Positions 46,667 through 56,658 of a stretch of DNA of 64,000 nt are shown piece after piece; position 1 is the stretch's first letter, and the number at the start of each line of letters is the position of its first letter. Both the position numbers and the translations under genes were made by a program. Source of the DNA: Sphingomonadales bacterium 32-65-25 (GTDB lineage Bacteria > Pseudomonadota > Alphaproteobacteria > Sphingomonadales > Sphingomonadaceae); the NCBI GenBank assembly GCA_002280855.1, contig NCEU01000006.1, forward strand, positions 38,090 through 102,089, written 5' to 3'. A model generated the notes under the pieces. The model did no database searches. It had not been told where the DNA came from and saw only the letters and a list, made by a program, of their open reading frames with translations.

Positions 46667-47496
46667 GCGGCTTTCTCCGTACGGGCGGTGCGCACCGCCT
46701 GGGCCAACGCGGCCACCTGGGCGGCCACGCGGGCGGGAATATCGTTGGCGCGCTCTTCAGCGGCGGCACCAATGGCATCGACGATGGCGCTGCCAACCAC
46801 CACCGCATCGGCGTGGGTGGCGATGGCAGCGGCCTGCTCCGGCGTGCGCACACCAAAGCCGACCGCGATCGGCAGGCTGGTTGACGCCTTCAGGCGGGCG
46901 ACGGCTTCGGCAACATCGGTCGCCGCTGCGCTGTTGGCACCGGTAACCCCGGCGACCGCAACATAATAGAGGAAGCCCGACGCGCCGCTGAGCACGGTCG
47001 GCAAGCGATGGGCGTCGGTTGTCGGTGTGGCGAGGCGCACCAGATGCAGGCCGTGCGCGGCCAATGCGGGCGCCAGTTCGCCCGCTTCTTCGGGCGGCAG
47101 ATCGACGACGATGCAACCATCGATGCCGGCGGCTTTGGCGGCGGCGGCAAAGCGTTCGGGGCCAAAGGCGAGGAGCGGGTTGAAATAGCCCATCAGCACG
47201 ATCGGCGTGGCATCATCGGCCTTTCGGAAGTCCGTCACCATCGCCAGCACCTTGCGCAGCGTGGTGCCGGCCGCAAGGCTGCGCAGATTGCCACGCTGGA
47301 TCGCCGGGCCATCGGCCATCGGATCGGTGAACGGCATGCCGATTTCGATCACGTCGGCTCCCGCGCCCGGCAATGCGGCGAGGATTTCGGCGCTGGTGGC
47401 AAGATCGGGATCGCCCGCGGTCACGAACGTCACCAGCGCGGCGCGGCCTTGCGCAGCGCAGGCGGCAAAGCGGGTGGAAAGACGATCCCCGCTCAC
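46663..47496 (-). CDS. trpA: Tryptophan synthase alpha subunit
   Basis: [41 protein letters not shown]; GTG start overlaps the trpB stop. Confidence 0.97.
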   Translation of the reverse strand: MSGDRLSTRFAACAAQGRAALVTFVTAGDPDLATSAEILAALPGAGADVIEIGMPFTDPMADGPAIQRGNLRSLAAGTTLRKVLAMVTDFRKADDATPIVLMGYFNPLLAFGPERFAAAAKAAGIDGCIVVDLPPEEAGELAPALAAHGLHLVRLATPTTDAHRLPTVLSGASGFLYYVAVAGVTGANSAAATDVAEAVARLKASTSLPIAVGFGVRTPEQAAAIATHADAVVVGSAIVDAIGAAAEERANDIPARVAAQVAALAQAVRTARTEKAA

Positions 47497-48707
47497 ATCG
47501 TCACTCCCAGCGCGGCGGCGACGGTGAAGATATCCTTGTCGCCCCGGCCACACAGATTGGCGATGATGATCTGATCCTTGGCCATTGTCGGCGCGATGCG
47601 CGCCACAGCAGCGATGGCGTGGGCCGGTTCCAGCGCCGGGATGATGCCTTCGGTGCGGCACAGCAGCTGGAAGCCTTCCAGCGCCTCGGTATCCGTCGCG
47701 CTTTGATATTCCACGCGGCCGATGGCGTGCAGCCAGGCATGTTCAGGGCCGATGCCGGGATAATCCAGGCCGGCAGAAATGCTGTGGGCTTCGGTGATCT
47801 GGCCGTCTTCATCCTGCAGCAGCATCGTCTTGTTGCCGTGCAGCACCCCGGCACGGCCACCGGCCAGCGACGCGGCGTGCTCGTGCGTGGTCAGGCCCTT
47901 GCCAGATGCTTCGATGCCGACGATGCGCACATCCTTGTCATCCAGGAACGGGTGGAACAGGCCGATTGCGTTGGAGCCGCCGCCGATCGAGGCCACCAGC
48001 AGATCGGGCAAGCGCCCTTCCCGCTCAAGAATCTGAGCGCGAGCTTCCTTGCCGATCACCGTCTGGAAATCGCGTACCAGTTCGGGATAGGGGTGCGGGC
48101 CGGCGGCGGTGCCGATGATGTAGAAGGTGTCGTGCACGTTGGTCACCCAATCGCGCAGCGCTTCGTTCATGGCGTCTTTCAGCGTGCGGCTGCCGCTTTC
48201 CACGGCTTTCACCTCGGCACCCAGCAGCTTCATGCGGAACACGTTCGGCGCCTGGCGCTCGATATCGCGCGCGCCCATGAAGATGGTGCACGGAAGGCCA
48301 AAGCGCGCTGCCACGGTGGCAGTCGCCACGCCGTGCTGGCCGGCGCCGGTTTCGGCGATGATGCGCGTCTTGCCCATGCGGCGGGCGAGCAGGATCTGGC
48401 CGATGCAATTGTTGATCTTGTGCGCGCCGGTGTGATTCAGCTCGTCGCGCTTCAGGTAGATCTTTGCGCCGCCCAGTTCCTCGGTCAGGCGTTCAGCGAA
48501 ATACAGCGGGCTGGGCCGGCCGACATAATGCTTCAGCAGATCGTCGAGCTCGGCCTGAAACGCCGGGTCGGCCTTGGCGGCAATATAGGCCTGTTCCAGT
48601 TCCAGGATCAGCGGCATCAGCGTTTCGGCAACATAACGCCCGCCGAACTCACCGAAATGGCCGTTCGCATCGGGGCCGGCGCGCAGGGAGCCTGTCGGGG
48701 CGTTCAT
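47493..48707 (-). CDS. trpB: Tryptophan synthase beta subunit
   Basis: [40 protein letters not shown]. Confidence 0.99.
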   Translation of the reverse strand: MNAPTGSLRAGPDANGHFGEFGGRYVAETLMPLILELEQAYIAAKADPAFQAELDDLLKHYVGRPSPLYFAERLTEELGGAKIYLKRDELNHTGAHKINNCIGQILLARRMGKTRIIAETGAGQHGVATATVAARFGLPCTIFMGARDIERQAPNVFRMKLLGAEVKAVESGSRTLKDAMNEALRDWVTNVHDTFYIIGTAAGPHPYPELVRDFQTVIGKEARAQILEREGRLPDLLVASIGGGSNAIGLFHPFLDDKDVRIVGIEASGKGLTTHEHAASLAGGRAGVLHGNKTMLLQDEDGQITEAHSISAGLDYPGIGPEHAWLHAIGRVEYQSATDTEALEGFQLLCRTEGIIPALEPAHAIAAVARIAPTMAKDQIIIANLCGRGDKDIFTVAAALGVTM

Positions 48708-49336
48708 GCGGCCCTCACGGCGCTGGCAAAAGCCCTGATCTTGTCCACCGATTTCACCCCTGCACTCTCTTCCACACCTGATGCCACATCCACCAGCGCC
48801 GGCGCCACCCGGCGGATGGCATCTGCGACATTGCCGATACCAAGTCCGCCGGCCAGGCCAAAGCGCCGTCCCGGCCGCGTGTCGATCAGCAACTGCCAAT
48901 CAAAGGCCAGCCCGTTGCCGCCGGGAAGCGGAGCGTCGTTAGGCGCTTTGGCATCGAGGAGCAACAGATCAGCCGGGCCTGCGGCCTTTTCAGCGCTGCG
49001 GATATCGTTTCGGGTCTTCACCCCCGCCGCCAGCCAGACCGGCAGATTGTAGCGCGTTTTCAGCTCGCTCACCCGCTCTGCGCCGGCATCGTGCAGCTGC
49101 AGGATGGTGATGCCTGCGGCGATCACGGCGGCCACCAGCGCATCATCCGGCGCCACCAGCACGGCGACCCGGCCCACCCCGGACGGCACGCGGGCGATCA
49201 GCGATGCGGCGGCGCCCGGTTCGACAAAGCGCGGGCTGGGCGCAAAGAAGTTGAATCCAAGATGCGCCGCGCCAACCGCGACCGAGACATCCACGGTTTC
49301 CGGCGTGGACAGCCCACAGATCTTGAAGGGCGTCAC
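48704..49336 (-). CDS. trpF: Phosphoribosylanthranilate isomerase
   Basis: [32 protein letters not shown]. Confidence 0.95.
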   Translation of the reverse strand: MTPFKICGLSTPETVDVSVAVGAAHLGFNFFAPSPRFVEPGAAASLIARVPSGVGRVAVLVAPDDALVAAVIAAGITILQLHDAGAERVSELKTRYNLPVWLAAGVKTRNDIRSAEKAAGPADLLLLDAKAPNDAPLPGGNGLAFDWQLLIDTRPGRRFGLAGGLGIGNVADAIRRVAPALVDVASGVEESAGVKSVDKIRAFASAVRAA

Positions 49337-50010
49337 AGGCTGGCCGCGATGGCAGCAGCCGCGGCGGCCGGATCGGGAGCGGACGTGATCGGGCGGCCGA
49401 TGACGAGCACACCAGCGCCCGCCTTGAGGGCCTCGTCGGGCGTCATCACCCGTTTCTGATCGCCAACGTCGCTGCCGGCCGGGCGCACGCCGGGGACGAC
49501 GAACAGGCCATCGGCCCATTCGGCCTTCACGGCGGCGACTTCGTGCGGCGAGCAGACGATGCCATTCAACCCTGCCCCGCGCGTCAACCGGGCGAGGCGC
49601 GCAGCCTGGGTGGCGGCGCCATCAGGCACACCGGCGCTGAGCAGATCAGCATCATCAAGGCTCGTGAGGACGGTGACGGCCACCACTCGCGTGCCGGGCA
49701 GCGCGGCAGCGCGGGCGGCGGCCAGCATGGCGTGGCCACCGGCGGCGTGAACGGTGAGGATGGACGGGGCCAGCGGCGCGAGGCTGCGCACGGCGCCGGC
49801 AACGGTGTTGGGAATGTCGTGGAGTTTGAGATCGAGGAACAGCGGCAACGACTGGCCGTCCATCACAGCGGCAATGCCGGCCGGGCCATGGGCGCAGAAG
49901 AATTCGAGGCCGAGCTTTACCCCGCCAACATGCGGCGCAACAGCAGCGACCAGCGCGCGCGCAGCAGCGACATCGGGCGTATCGACCGCCACGAACACCG
50001 GATTGCTCAT
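49333..50010 (-). CDS. pyrF: Orotidine-5'-phosphate decarboxylase
   Basis: VAVD, KLGLEFF, FLDLKLHDIPNTV, VPGVRP, VIGRPIT. Confidence 0.97.
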   Translation of the reverse strand: MSNPVFVAVDTPDVAAARALVAAVAPHVGGVKLGLEFFCAHGPAGIAAVMDGQSLPLFLDLKLHDIPNTVAGAVRSLAPLAPSILTVHAAGGHAMLAAARAAALPGTRVVAVTVLTSLDDADLLSAGVPDGAATQAARLARLTRGAGLNGIVCSPHEVAAVKAEWADGLFVVPGVRPAGSDVGDQKRVMTPDEALKAGAGVLVIGRPITSAPDPAAAAAAIAASL

Positions 50011-50014
50011 GGCG

Positions 50015-50311
50015 TCAGGCTCCGCTGGCGGGGGAAGCAACCGGGGCGGCCACATGGGCCTGCTCGACCCGGGCCGGGCGCACGCGCCGGCTTTCGGCCA
50101 AGGGCCGCAGCAACACGTGCCAGATCCAGGTGGGGATCACGCCGGCCAGGAAAGCGGCACCGAGCAGGAGCGGCAGCGGCAGCGCCTTGGGCGTGCCGTC
50201 GGGCAGAACAAAATCGACGAGTGTCCAGTTGGACACCGCCAGCAAGATGAATAACGCCGCCATCACGGCGAGAAAGACCCAACGAACGATTGCCCAAGGT
50301 CGCATATGCAT
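50015..50311 (-). CDS. LapA / DUF1049 family membrane protein
   Basis: Two TM segments, LAVSN...V, LPL.LL..AF.AG; usual position upstream of pyrF. Confidence 0.7.
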   Translation of the reverse strand: MHMRPWAIVRWVFLAVMAALFILLAVSNWTLVDFVLPDGTPKALPLPLLLGAAFLAGVIPTWIWHVLLRPLAESRRVRPARVEQAHVAAPVASPASGA

Positions 50312-50317
50312 GTGCCC

Positions 50318-51088
50318 TCACAGCTCTCCGTCAACCGCGGTGATACCAGCTTCCGACAGGGCTGCCATCAGCTTTTGTGCCACCTCGGCCAGTTGCGCTT
50401 CACTGGTGGAGCGCATGACGAAATTGGCGCCGGTCTTGCCTTCGCGCCAGAACGGGTAGGAACCGATCTGCACGCCGGGATTGTCCTTCTCGGTGCGCTT
50501 CAATATCTCGGCCGCCTTGCTCTCCTGCGTCCACGCACCCACGCTGCGCGACAACACCGGGGCGCCGCCCGGCAACTGGCCATCCAGCCAGGCCAGCATG
50601 CCCTGCGTGATCATCGGCACGCCGGCCATGATGAAGATGTTTTCCACACGGATACCGGGCGCCTTGGTGCGCGGATTCTCGATCAGGCTGGCACCAGCCG
50701 GGGTGCGGGCCATGCGCAGGCGGGCATCGGTGAGCTGATCGCCATAATGCGCTGCCAGAATGGCGCGGGCATCGGGGTGGATGATCACGTCAAGGCCGAG
50801 TGCGGCAGCGATGGCATCCACGGTGATATCGTCATGCGTCGGGCCGATGCCGCCGGTGGTGAACAGATAGTCGTGCTTCACCCGCAGGGCGTTCACGGAT
50901 TCGGCAATGGCATCCATCTCGTCGGCGACAACGCGCACTTCCTTCAGGCGGATGCCCTGCACGCCCAGCCATTTCGCCAGATAGGCGGTGTTGGCGTCCT
51001 GCGTGCGGCCGGACAATATCTCGTCGCCGATGATGACGAGAGCGGCGGTGTAGATGCGCCCCGCCTGCGTGTGACTCGGTTCGTTCAT
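50318..51088 (-). CDS. CinA-like molybdopterin-binding domain protein
   Basis: IIGDEILSGRTQDAN, TTGGIGPTHDDIT, MAGVP. Confidence 0.9.
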   Translation of the reverse strand: MNEPSHTQAGRIYTAALVIIGDEILSGRTQDANTAYLAKWLGVQGIRLKEVRVVADEMDAIAESVNALRVKHDYLFTTGGIGPTHDDITVDAIAAALGLDVIIHPDARAILAAHYGDQLTDARLRMARTPAGASLIENPRTKAPGIRVENIFIMAGVPMITQGMLAWLDGQLPGGAPVLSRSVGAWTQESKAAEILKRTEKDNPGVQIGSYPFWREGKTGANFVMRSTSEAQLAEVAQKLMAALSEAGITAVDGEL

Positions 51089-51157
51089 GCGCCCGGACTT
51101 AGCGCAGGGCGGCGGCCGTGACCATGGTGAAGATGGACTTTGCCGGCCTGAAACCCT

Positions 51158-51991
51158 ATGGGCGTGGATATGACGCAAGCGCTCTATACCACGGTGATGG
51201 ACCCACACGAAGGCCAACTGCGCCTGCATGGGCCGGCGGCCTTTGAAGGGATGCGCAAGGCTGGCCGGCTGGCCGCCGAGGTGCTGGACCATCTGACGCC
51301 GCATGTATTGCCCGAAGTGGCGACCATCGATCTCGACACGATGGCGTGGGAATTCGTCCGCGCTGCCGGGGCTGCATCCGCCACGGTTTTCTATCGCGGT
51401 TTCTCGCACTCGCTGTGCACCAGCGTGAACCATGTCGTATGCCACGGCATTCCTGGGCCGAAGAAGTTGAAGAGTGGCGACATCGTCAACATCGATGTGA
51501 CCGTGGTGGTGGACGGCTGGTATGGCGACACAAGCCGCATGTTCCTGGTGGGCGATGTGCCGTTGAAGGCGCGCAAGCTGGTGGAAGTGACGCATGAATG
51601 CCTGATGATGGGCATCGAACAGGCTCGGCCCGGCAAGACGCTGGGCGACGTGGGCCACGCCATCCAAACCCATGCTGAGCGGAACCGTTTCAGCGTGGTG
51701 CGCGATTTCTGCGGGCACGGGCTGGGCCAGGATTTCCACACGGCGCCCAACGTGGTGCATGTCGGCAAGCCGGGGCGCGGTGTCGTGCTGAAGCCCGGCA
51801 TGTTCTTTACCATCGAACCGATGATCAATGGTGGCGGCCCGGCGGTGAAGGTGCTGGACGATGGCTGGACGGCGGTGACGCGCGACCGCTCGCTGTCGGC
51901 CCAGTTCGAACACAGTATCGGGATCACCGAAACCGGCTGCGAGATCTTCACGGCCTCGCCCAAGGGCTGGCACGCGCCGCCCTACGCTTAA
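51158..51991 (+). CDS. map: Methionine aminopeptidase type I
   Basis: CTSVNHVVCHGIP, NIDVT, GDTSRM, CGHGLG..FH, FTIEPMIN, SAQFEH. Confidence 0.97.
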   Translation: MGVDMTQALYTTVMDPHEGQLRLHGPAAFEGMRKAGRLAAEVLDHLTPHVLPEVATIDLDTMAWEFVRAAGAASATVFYRGFSHSLCTSVNHVVCHGIPGPKKLKSGDIVNIDVTVVVDGWYGDTSRMFLVGDVPLKARKLVEVTHECLMMGIEQARPGKTLGDVGHAIQTHAERNRFSVVRDFCGHGLGQDFHTAPNVVHVGKPGRGVVLKPGMFFTIEPMINGGGPAVKVLDDGWTAVTRDRSLSAQFEHSIGITETGCEIFTASPKGWHAPPYA

Positions 51992-52680
51992 CGTCGCTTC
52001 GGCAGCGGCTTCTTCGCAGCGGGCTTGGCTGCGGGGTTCGGCGGCAGCGGGATCAGTCGATTGACGCTGATGATCTTCACCGGCGCCTCGATCATCTGCC
52101 CTTTCATCACGCCTTCGCCCTTGGTGGCAGAAATGGGTACGTTCAATATCTTGCGCACCACGTCCATGCCGTCGGTGACGCGGCCGAACACGGCAAAACC
52201 CAGATTGTCCCCCGGCCCGGCGGGATTGGCATCCAGCGCCTTCAGGCTGCCGAGGATGAAGAAGAATTGCGCCTGCGCCGTGCCGGGCGCCGCGCGGGCG
52301 AGGCTGACAGCGCCTTCATCATGAGTGAGACCGGTGGCCGTCGTCGGTTCATGGGCCACCGGCGGCAGCAGCTTGCGGCCATCCTGGATGCCAGCTTGCA
52401 CCAGGCCAATGCTGCCATCGGGCGTGATCTTGTAGGCCCGATAGAAGGCGGCGCCATCCAGCCGCTTTTCATCGACATGTTTGAGGATATAGCCGGCAGT
52501 GACCGGCGCGCGCTCGGTTTCCAGCGCGATGGTGATCGGGCCAAGCTCGGTGGTCATCACCACCTTCACCGTCACCGGCTCAGGTGCTGCGGGTGGCGAC
52601 GGCGGGGCTGGCACCTCTTGTGCAAGGGTAGGAAGAGCCAGCCCCAGCAGGGCGGCGGCAAGGACAGTGCGGCGAATCAT
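51988..52680 (-). CDS. Periplasmic cyclophilin-type peptidyl-prolyl isomerase
   Basis: Signal peptide, T.LG.I.I.L...RAP.T, SLAR..PG.A..QFF, FAVFGRVTDGMDVV. Confidence 0.9.
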   Translation of the reverse strand: MIRRTVLAAALLGLALPTLAQEVPAPPSPPAAPEPVTVKVVMTTELGPITIALETERAPVTAGYILKHVDEKRLDGAAFYRAYKITPDGSIGLVQAGIQDGRKLLPPVAHEPTTATGLTHDEGAVSLARAAPGTAQAQFFFILGSLKALDANPAGPGDNLGFAVFGRVTDGMDVVRKILNVPISATKGEGVMKGQMIEAPVKIISVNRLIPLPPNPAAKPAAKKPLPKRR

Positions 52681-52711
52681 GGCCACAGCATAACCCTGTC
52701 GCCAGCAATCG

Positions 52712-52885
52712 CTACAGCTTGCAGGTGTTCACCCCCACCAGCCGATAAAGCGGGCAGAAACCCACCAAGCCGGTGAACAGCGGCACCAGCCCCAGCCAGC
52801 CCCACGGCGTTTGCGGGCCGACAAAGATGAGGGCGACGCCCAGCCCGACGCGGAGGACTCGATCGATTGTTCCTTCGTTGCGCAT
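52712..52885 (-). CDS. DUF2892 (YgaP-like) small membrane protein, 57 aa, missing from the ORF track
   Basis: Manual translation MRNEGTIDRVLRVGLGVALIFVGPQTPWGWLGLVPLFTGLVGFCPLYRLVGVNTCKL*; SD AAAGGA. Confidence 0.88.
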   Translation of the reverse strand: MRNEGTIDRVLRVGLGVALIFVGPQTPWGWLGLVPLFTGLVGFCPLYRLVGVNTCKL

Positions 52886-52940
52886 GGGGAATTCCTTTCA
52901 ACTGTGGCAGTGATAATGGCCGCACAGCGGACAAACGGCT

Positions 52941-52954
52941 TTGATCCTGATCAA
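52941..52954. promoter_or_regulatory. FNR/FixK box
   Basis: Perfect TTGAT-CCTG-ATCAA, 56-69 nt upstream of the DUF2892 start. Confidence 0.8.
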
Positions 52955-52997
52955 ACAACCTGCAATGGCAGGCGCAGGAAACGACGGCCCTTCGCAG

Positions 52998-53198
52998 CGG
53001 CGGTGCTAGCGTGACATCGCGGGCACGACGCATGGCGATGAAATCGTCTGCCGAAACGCCATCATGCACGTGGATGTTGCCGGCCTTCTGCGCGGCCATA
53101 ATGGTTTCGCAGGCATAGTCGCTGCGCCCGGCGGGCAGATAATCGTGGCCAACAAAGATGCGGGTTTCCGGCGGCAGCGCCAGGATCTTCTGGATGGC
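52998..53198 (-). pseudogene. C-terminal remnant of a persulfide dioxygenase (Blh/ETHE1-like MBL-fold hydrolase)
   Basis: AIQKILALPPETRIFVGHDYLP...ET....QK..NIHVHDG.S.DDFIAMRRARD.TL..P; no N-terminal HxHxDH half and no start of its own. Confidence 0.75.
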
Positions 53199-53218
53199 GG
53201 GCGCTGGGAACAAGATGT

Positions 53219-53295
53219 TGGCGCGCCCGGCAGGACTCGAACCTGCAACCCCGAGGGTAGAAGCCACGTGCTCTATCCAGTTGAGCTACGGGCGC
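53219..53295 (-). tRNA. tRNA-Arg (UCU) with encoded CCA and atypical anticodon arm
   Basis: GCGCCCG/CGGGCGC acceptor, A20, anticodon arm CGTGG-CTTCTAC-CCTCG, T arm GCAGG-TTCGAGT-CCTGC. Confidence 0.9.
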
Positions 53296-53335
53296 GTGGC
53301 CTGCAATTGCAGCGGAAAGCCGGGAAAATCCAGCG

Positions 53336-53533
53336 TTACTCGTCCGCCAGATCAAGATAGGGGGCGACGTCGTTATCGGTGGCGATCCACAGGCTGGCTT
53401 GCACGTCGTCGCTCTGGGCGGCCGCGATGGCCAAAGCGTCGGCAAGCGGGCCATAGAACAGGGTTTCGGCCACCGGATCGCCCTCATCAAGCCGATAAAG
53501 CCGCACCGTCGCCGTGGCGAAGGTGGAACGCAT
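53336..53533 (-). CDS. Small hypothetical protein (65 aa)
   Basis: Start overlaps the upstream stop (TGATG); host-like codons. Confidence 0.6.
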   Translation of the reverse strand: MRSTFATATVRLYRLDEGDPVAETLFYGPLADALAIAAAQSDDVQASLWIATDNDVAPYLDLADE

Positions 53534-53811
53534 CAGCGGAAATTGTCGGCGTAGGCTTGGATCTTCAGCCGGCGCGGGCCCAGCGGCAGGATCTCCACCT
53601 CCAGCCCATTGGCCTTGGCATAGGCCAGCGCCGCATCCTGGCTGGCAAAGCGCAGCTGCACCTGGCCGGCGGTGAAGCCGCTGCCGGTCCAGCCGGTCAG
53701 TGGATCGGCGCGCATGCGATCATCGCGTTCGAATTCCAGCAGCCATTCACCGGTGTGAGCGCGGCCGGACTGGGTGGCAGGCTTGGGGCGTTGGTAAAGA
53801 CGAGCGTGCAT
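53533..53811 (-). CDS. ETC complex I subunit family protein (NDUFS4-like)
   Basis: MHARLYQRPK.ATQSG, W.LEF, DPLTGWTGS, L.F.SQDAALAYA. Confidence 0.9.
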   Translation of the reverse strand: MHARLYQRPKPATQSGRAHTGEWLLEFERDDRMRADPLTGWTGSGFTAGQVQLRFASQDAALAYAKANGLEVEILPLGPRRLKIQAYADNFR

Positions 53812-53862
53812 GAACGCCCTTTTGCGCCTGCCAGCGCCGGCAGGCAAGAGGGGGCCGGTGCC

Positions 53863-54870
53863 TCAGTAGGCGCGGTGAATCGCGAACTCGACCGTTTCGG
53901 TAAGTGCGTCGCGCGCCGGTCCCTTGGCAAAACTGCCCAGCACGTCAATGGCGCGCTGGCCATAGTGGCGTGCGCGGGCCATGGTATCAGCCACGGCATT
54001 GGTGGTGCGCAGCAATTCGCCAGCGCGGACCAGTTCCGCATCGCCATTGGCTCTACCGGTCATGGCGCGGCGCCAGAATTCGCGATCATCCTCGCTGCCA
54101 CGGGCATAGGCCAGGATCACCGGAAGGGTGATCTTGCCGTCGCGGAAATCATCGCCGGCATTCTTACCCATGGTCTCCGCGTCCGACACATAGTCGATCG
54201 CGTCATCAACCAGCTGGAAGGCAATGCCGAGATAGCGGCCATAGCTGGCCAGCGCTTCCTCGCCCTTTTCATCACGTTCGGCGACCACGCCGGCAATCTG
54301 GCAAGCGGCAGCGAACAGCGCGGCCGTCTTGGCACTGATGATGTCGAGGTAACGATCTTCGGTGGTGGTCACATCGCGCGCGGCGGTGAGCTGGGCCACC
54401 TCGCCTTCCGCAATCACGGCCGATGCACGCGAAAGGATCTTGAGCACCCTGAGCGACCCATCTTCGACCATGAGTTCAAACGCGCGGCTGAACAGGAAAT
54501 CGCCCACCAGCACGCTGGCCGGATTGCCATAGAGCGAATTGGCCGTGACCTTGCCGCGCCGCAGGCCCGAGGCATCAACCACATCATCATGCAGCAACGT
54601 GGCAGTGTGGATGAACTCAACAGCGGCCGCCAGCTTGTAGTGGCGGGTGCCTTCATAACCCAGCAGGCTGGCGCAGCCCAGGGTGAGCATCGGCCGCAGC
54701 CTCTTGCCGCCGCCAGCAATCAGATGACCGGCCAGTTCCGGAATCAGCGCCACCGGCGATTGCATGCGATCGAGAATGACATGATTCACCGCATTCAGAC
54801 CCGGCGCGGTCAGGTTCATCAACGCCTGGATCGAGGGTTCGCGGCGGAGGGTATGGACGGTGGCTGTCAC
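53863..54870 (-). CDS. ispB: Polyprenyl diphosphate synthase (IspB-like)
   Basis: GGKRLRP, HTATLLHDDVVD, VLVGDFL, KTAALF, FQLVDD. Confidence 0.9.
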   Translation of the reverse strand: MTATVHTLRREPSIQALMNLTAPGLNAVNHVILDRMQSPVALIPELAGHLIAGGGKRLRPMLTLGCASLLGYEGTRHYKLAAAVEFIHTATLLHDDVVDASGLRRGKVTANSLYGNPASVLVGDFLFSRAFELMVEDGSLRVLKILSRASAVIAEGEVAQLTAARDVTTTEDRYLDIISAKTAALFAAACQIAGVVAERDEKGEEALASYGRYLGIAFQLVDDAIDYVSDAETMGKNAGDDFRDGKITLPVILAYARGSEDDREFWRRAMTGRANGDAELVRAGELLRTTNAVADTMARARHYGQRAIDVLGSFAKGPARDALTETVEFAIHRAY

Positions 54871-54980
54871 GGCGTTTTCCTTAACGCAAGTAATGGCTCG
54901 TGCAAGCGCGGCCTTGCTCCCCGCGCTGCTGTGCCGCAAAAGGCCAATGTGGCCATTACGGGCCAGATGGGGGACACAGC

Positions 54981-55259
54981 GTGAGCGATCCGGTGTTGCA
55001 GGCTTATCGTGAAAGCATCGACAATATCGATGCCGCCCTGGTGTTCATGCTGGCCGAACGCTTCAAGATCACCCAGTCAGTGGGCCGCTACAAGGCGGAA
55101 ACCGGCTTGCCGCCCGCCGATCCCGGCCGCGAGACCGAGCAGATCGCCCGCCTGCGTGCGCTCGCCGCCAGCGCCAATCTGGATCCAGAGTTTTCCGAGA
55201 AGTTCCTGCGCTTCGTGATCGACGAGGTGATCCGCCACCATCAGGCGGCGCGCGGCTGA
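54981..55259 (+). CDS. Stand-alone chorismate mutase (AroQ type)
   Basis: YRESIDNIDAALV..LAERF, KA...LPPADP.RE..QI.RLR, FLRFVIDEVI. Confidence 0.9.
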   Translation: MSDPVLQAYRESIDNIDAALVFMLAERFKITQSVGRYKAETGLPPADPGRETEQIARLRALAASANLDPEFSEKFLRFVIDEVIRHHQAARG

Positions 55260-55266
55260 CGCCGGC

Positions 55267-56658
55267 TCAGGCAGCGCGCGGCAGAGTGAGCGTTACCAGC
55301 AGACCGCCCAGATCTTCCGAACTGTCGAGCGCGACGTTGCCGCCATAAAGTTCGGCGACATCCTTGACGATGGCCAATCCCAGCCCGGTGCCCGGCTTGT
55401 CGGTGTCCAGCCGTTCGCCGCGTTCGAACAGCCGGCTGCGCTGGTCGGGCGCAATGCCCTTGCCGTCATCCTCCACCAGCACCCGCACCTGATCGGCGTC
55501 GGCCTCCACGGTGATGAACACGCGGCCGCCGCCATGCAGGGCGGCATTGTCGATCAGATTGCCCAGCATTTCCTCAAGGTCCTGCTGTTCACCGCGAAAG
55601 GCCGCTTCGCGGTCGCCAGCCAGGTCGATCAGCACCTTGCCCTGGTGGATGCGCCCCACGGTGCGCGCGATAGCTTCCAGCGACGGCCACACCGGCGTGC
55701 GGGCGGTGGAGGCCGCGCGGCGGCCGGCGGCGCGGGCGCGGGCCAGCTGATGATCGACATGGCGGCGCATCACCTGCACCTGGGCTTCGATAGTGCGGGC
55801 CAGCGGATCATCCCGGCCACGCGCTTCGCCGATCAGCACGCTCATCGGCGTTTTCAGCGCATGAGCAAGATTGCCGGCATGGCGGCGCGCCGCTTCCGAC
55901 TGGGCTTCGCCATGCGCCAGCAACTCGTTGATTTCCGCCACCAGCGGTTCAACCTCCACCGGGAATTGCGCTTCAACCCGCCGCGCCTCGCCGGAACGGA
56001 TGGCGGCGATGGCCTTGGAAACCCGCCTGAGCGGCGCCAGGCCATAAATGGATTGCAGGCCAACCATGACGATCAGGCCGATGCCCAACACCCCAAGACT
56101 CCAGCCAACAACGGTGCGAGTGCGCGCCTTCTGCATGTTCAGATCGCGGCTGGATTGGGCCACCTGGAACAGGAAGGGCTGAGCCGCGCCGGGCAGGCGC
56201 ACGCTGCGCGCGATCACCCGCAGCGTTTCGCCGGCAAATTGCGTGCTTTCGAACTTGCAGGGGGTGCGGCAATCCTGATTGCCCGGCGGCAGCGCCAGCT
56301 GGCGATCCCACAGGCTGCGCGAGGGGAACGGCGCATGGCCGCCGCCCGATACCTGCCAGTAGAGCCCGGAATAAGGCTCTGCAAACCGCTGATCGCCCAG
56401 CGGACGCAGCAGGCGCACATCGCCCACTTCGTCCAGCTCGGCCGCATTGATCATCGCATTGAGGTTGTTGGCCAGCTGCTCGTCGAAGCTGGCGGTGAGC
56501 GTATCATCCAGCACCTGCACCAGTGCCAGGCCGCCCACACCCAGCAACATGGTGATCCACACCGCAGCGATCAGCACCATGCGCCGCTGCAACGAGCGGC
56601 GCGTGCTCACCGCTGCCTGTGGCAGCGGTTCAGAGCTGATCGTTGAGACTGTAGCCAA
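55267..56658 (-). CDS. Sensor histidine kinase (PhoQ/FeuQ-like)
   Basis: Two TMs, SGLYWQ, SRSLWD, LAHALKTP, GNLIDNA, EDDG.G, GTGLGL; start may be GTG at 56610. Confidence 0.93.
   Translation of the reverse strand: MATVSTISSEPLPQAAVSTRRSLQRRMVLIAAVWITMLLGVGGLALVQVLDDTLTASFDEQLANNLNAMINAAELDEVGDVRLLRPLGDQRFAEPYSGLYWQVSGGGHAPFPSRSLWDRQLALPPGNQDCRTPCKFESTQFAGETLRVIARSVRLPGAAQPFLFQVAQSSRDLNMQKARTRTVVGWSLGVLGIGLIVMVGLQSIYGLAPLRRVSKAIAAIRSGEARRVEAQFPVEVEPLVAEINELLAHGEAQSEAARRHAGNLAHALKTPMSVLIGEARGRDDPLARTIEAQVQVMRRHVDHQLARARAAGRRAASTARTPVWPSLEAIARTVGRIHQGKVLIDLAGDREAAFRGEQQDLEEMLGNLIDNAALHGGGRVFITVEADADQVRVLVEDDGKGIAPDQRSRLFERGERLDTDKPGTGLGLAIVKDVAELYGGNVALDSSEDLGGLLVTLTLPRAA

Noticed and set aside
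50318-51973. 551-aa ORF
   Set aside because: The N-terminal 295 aa are antisense to map; only 50318-51088 is the CinA-like gene.
52677-53267. 196-aa ORF from the track
   Set aside because: It is chimeric: it starts inside tRNA-Arg, reads through the dioxygenase remnant and then runs out of frame over the real DUF2892 gene.
53301-53312. Perfect palindrome CTGCAATTGCAG just 5' of tRNA-Arg
   Set aside because: Short, single occurrence, and no regulator can be assigned; may be chance.
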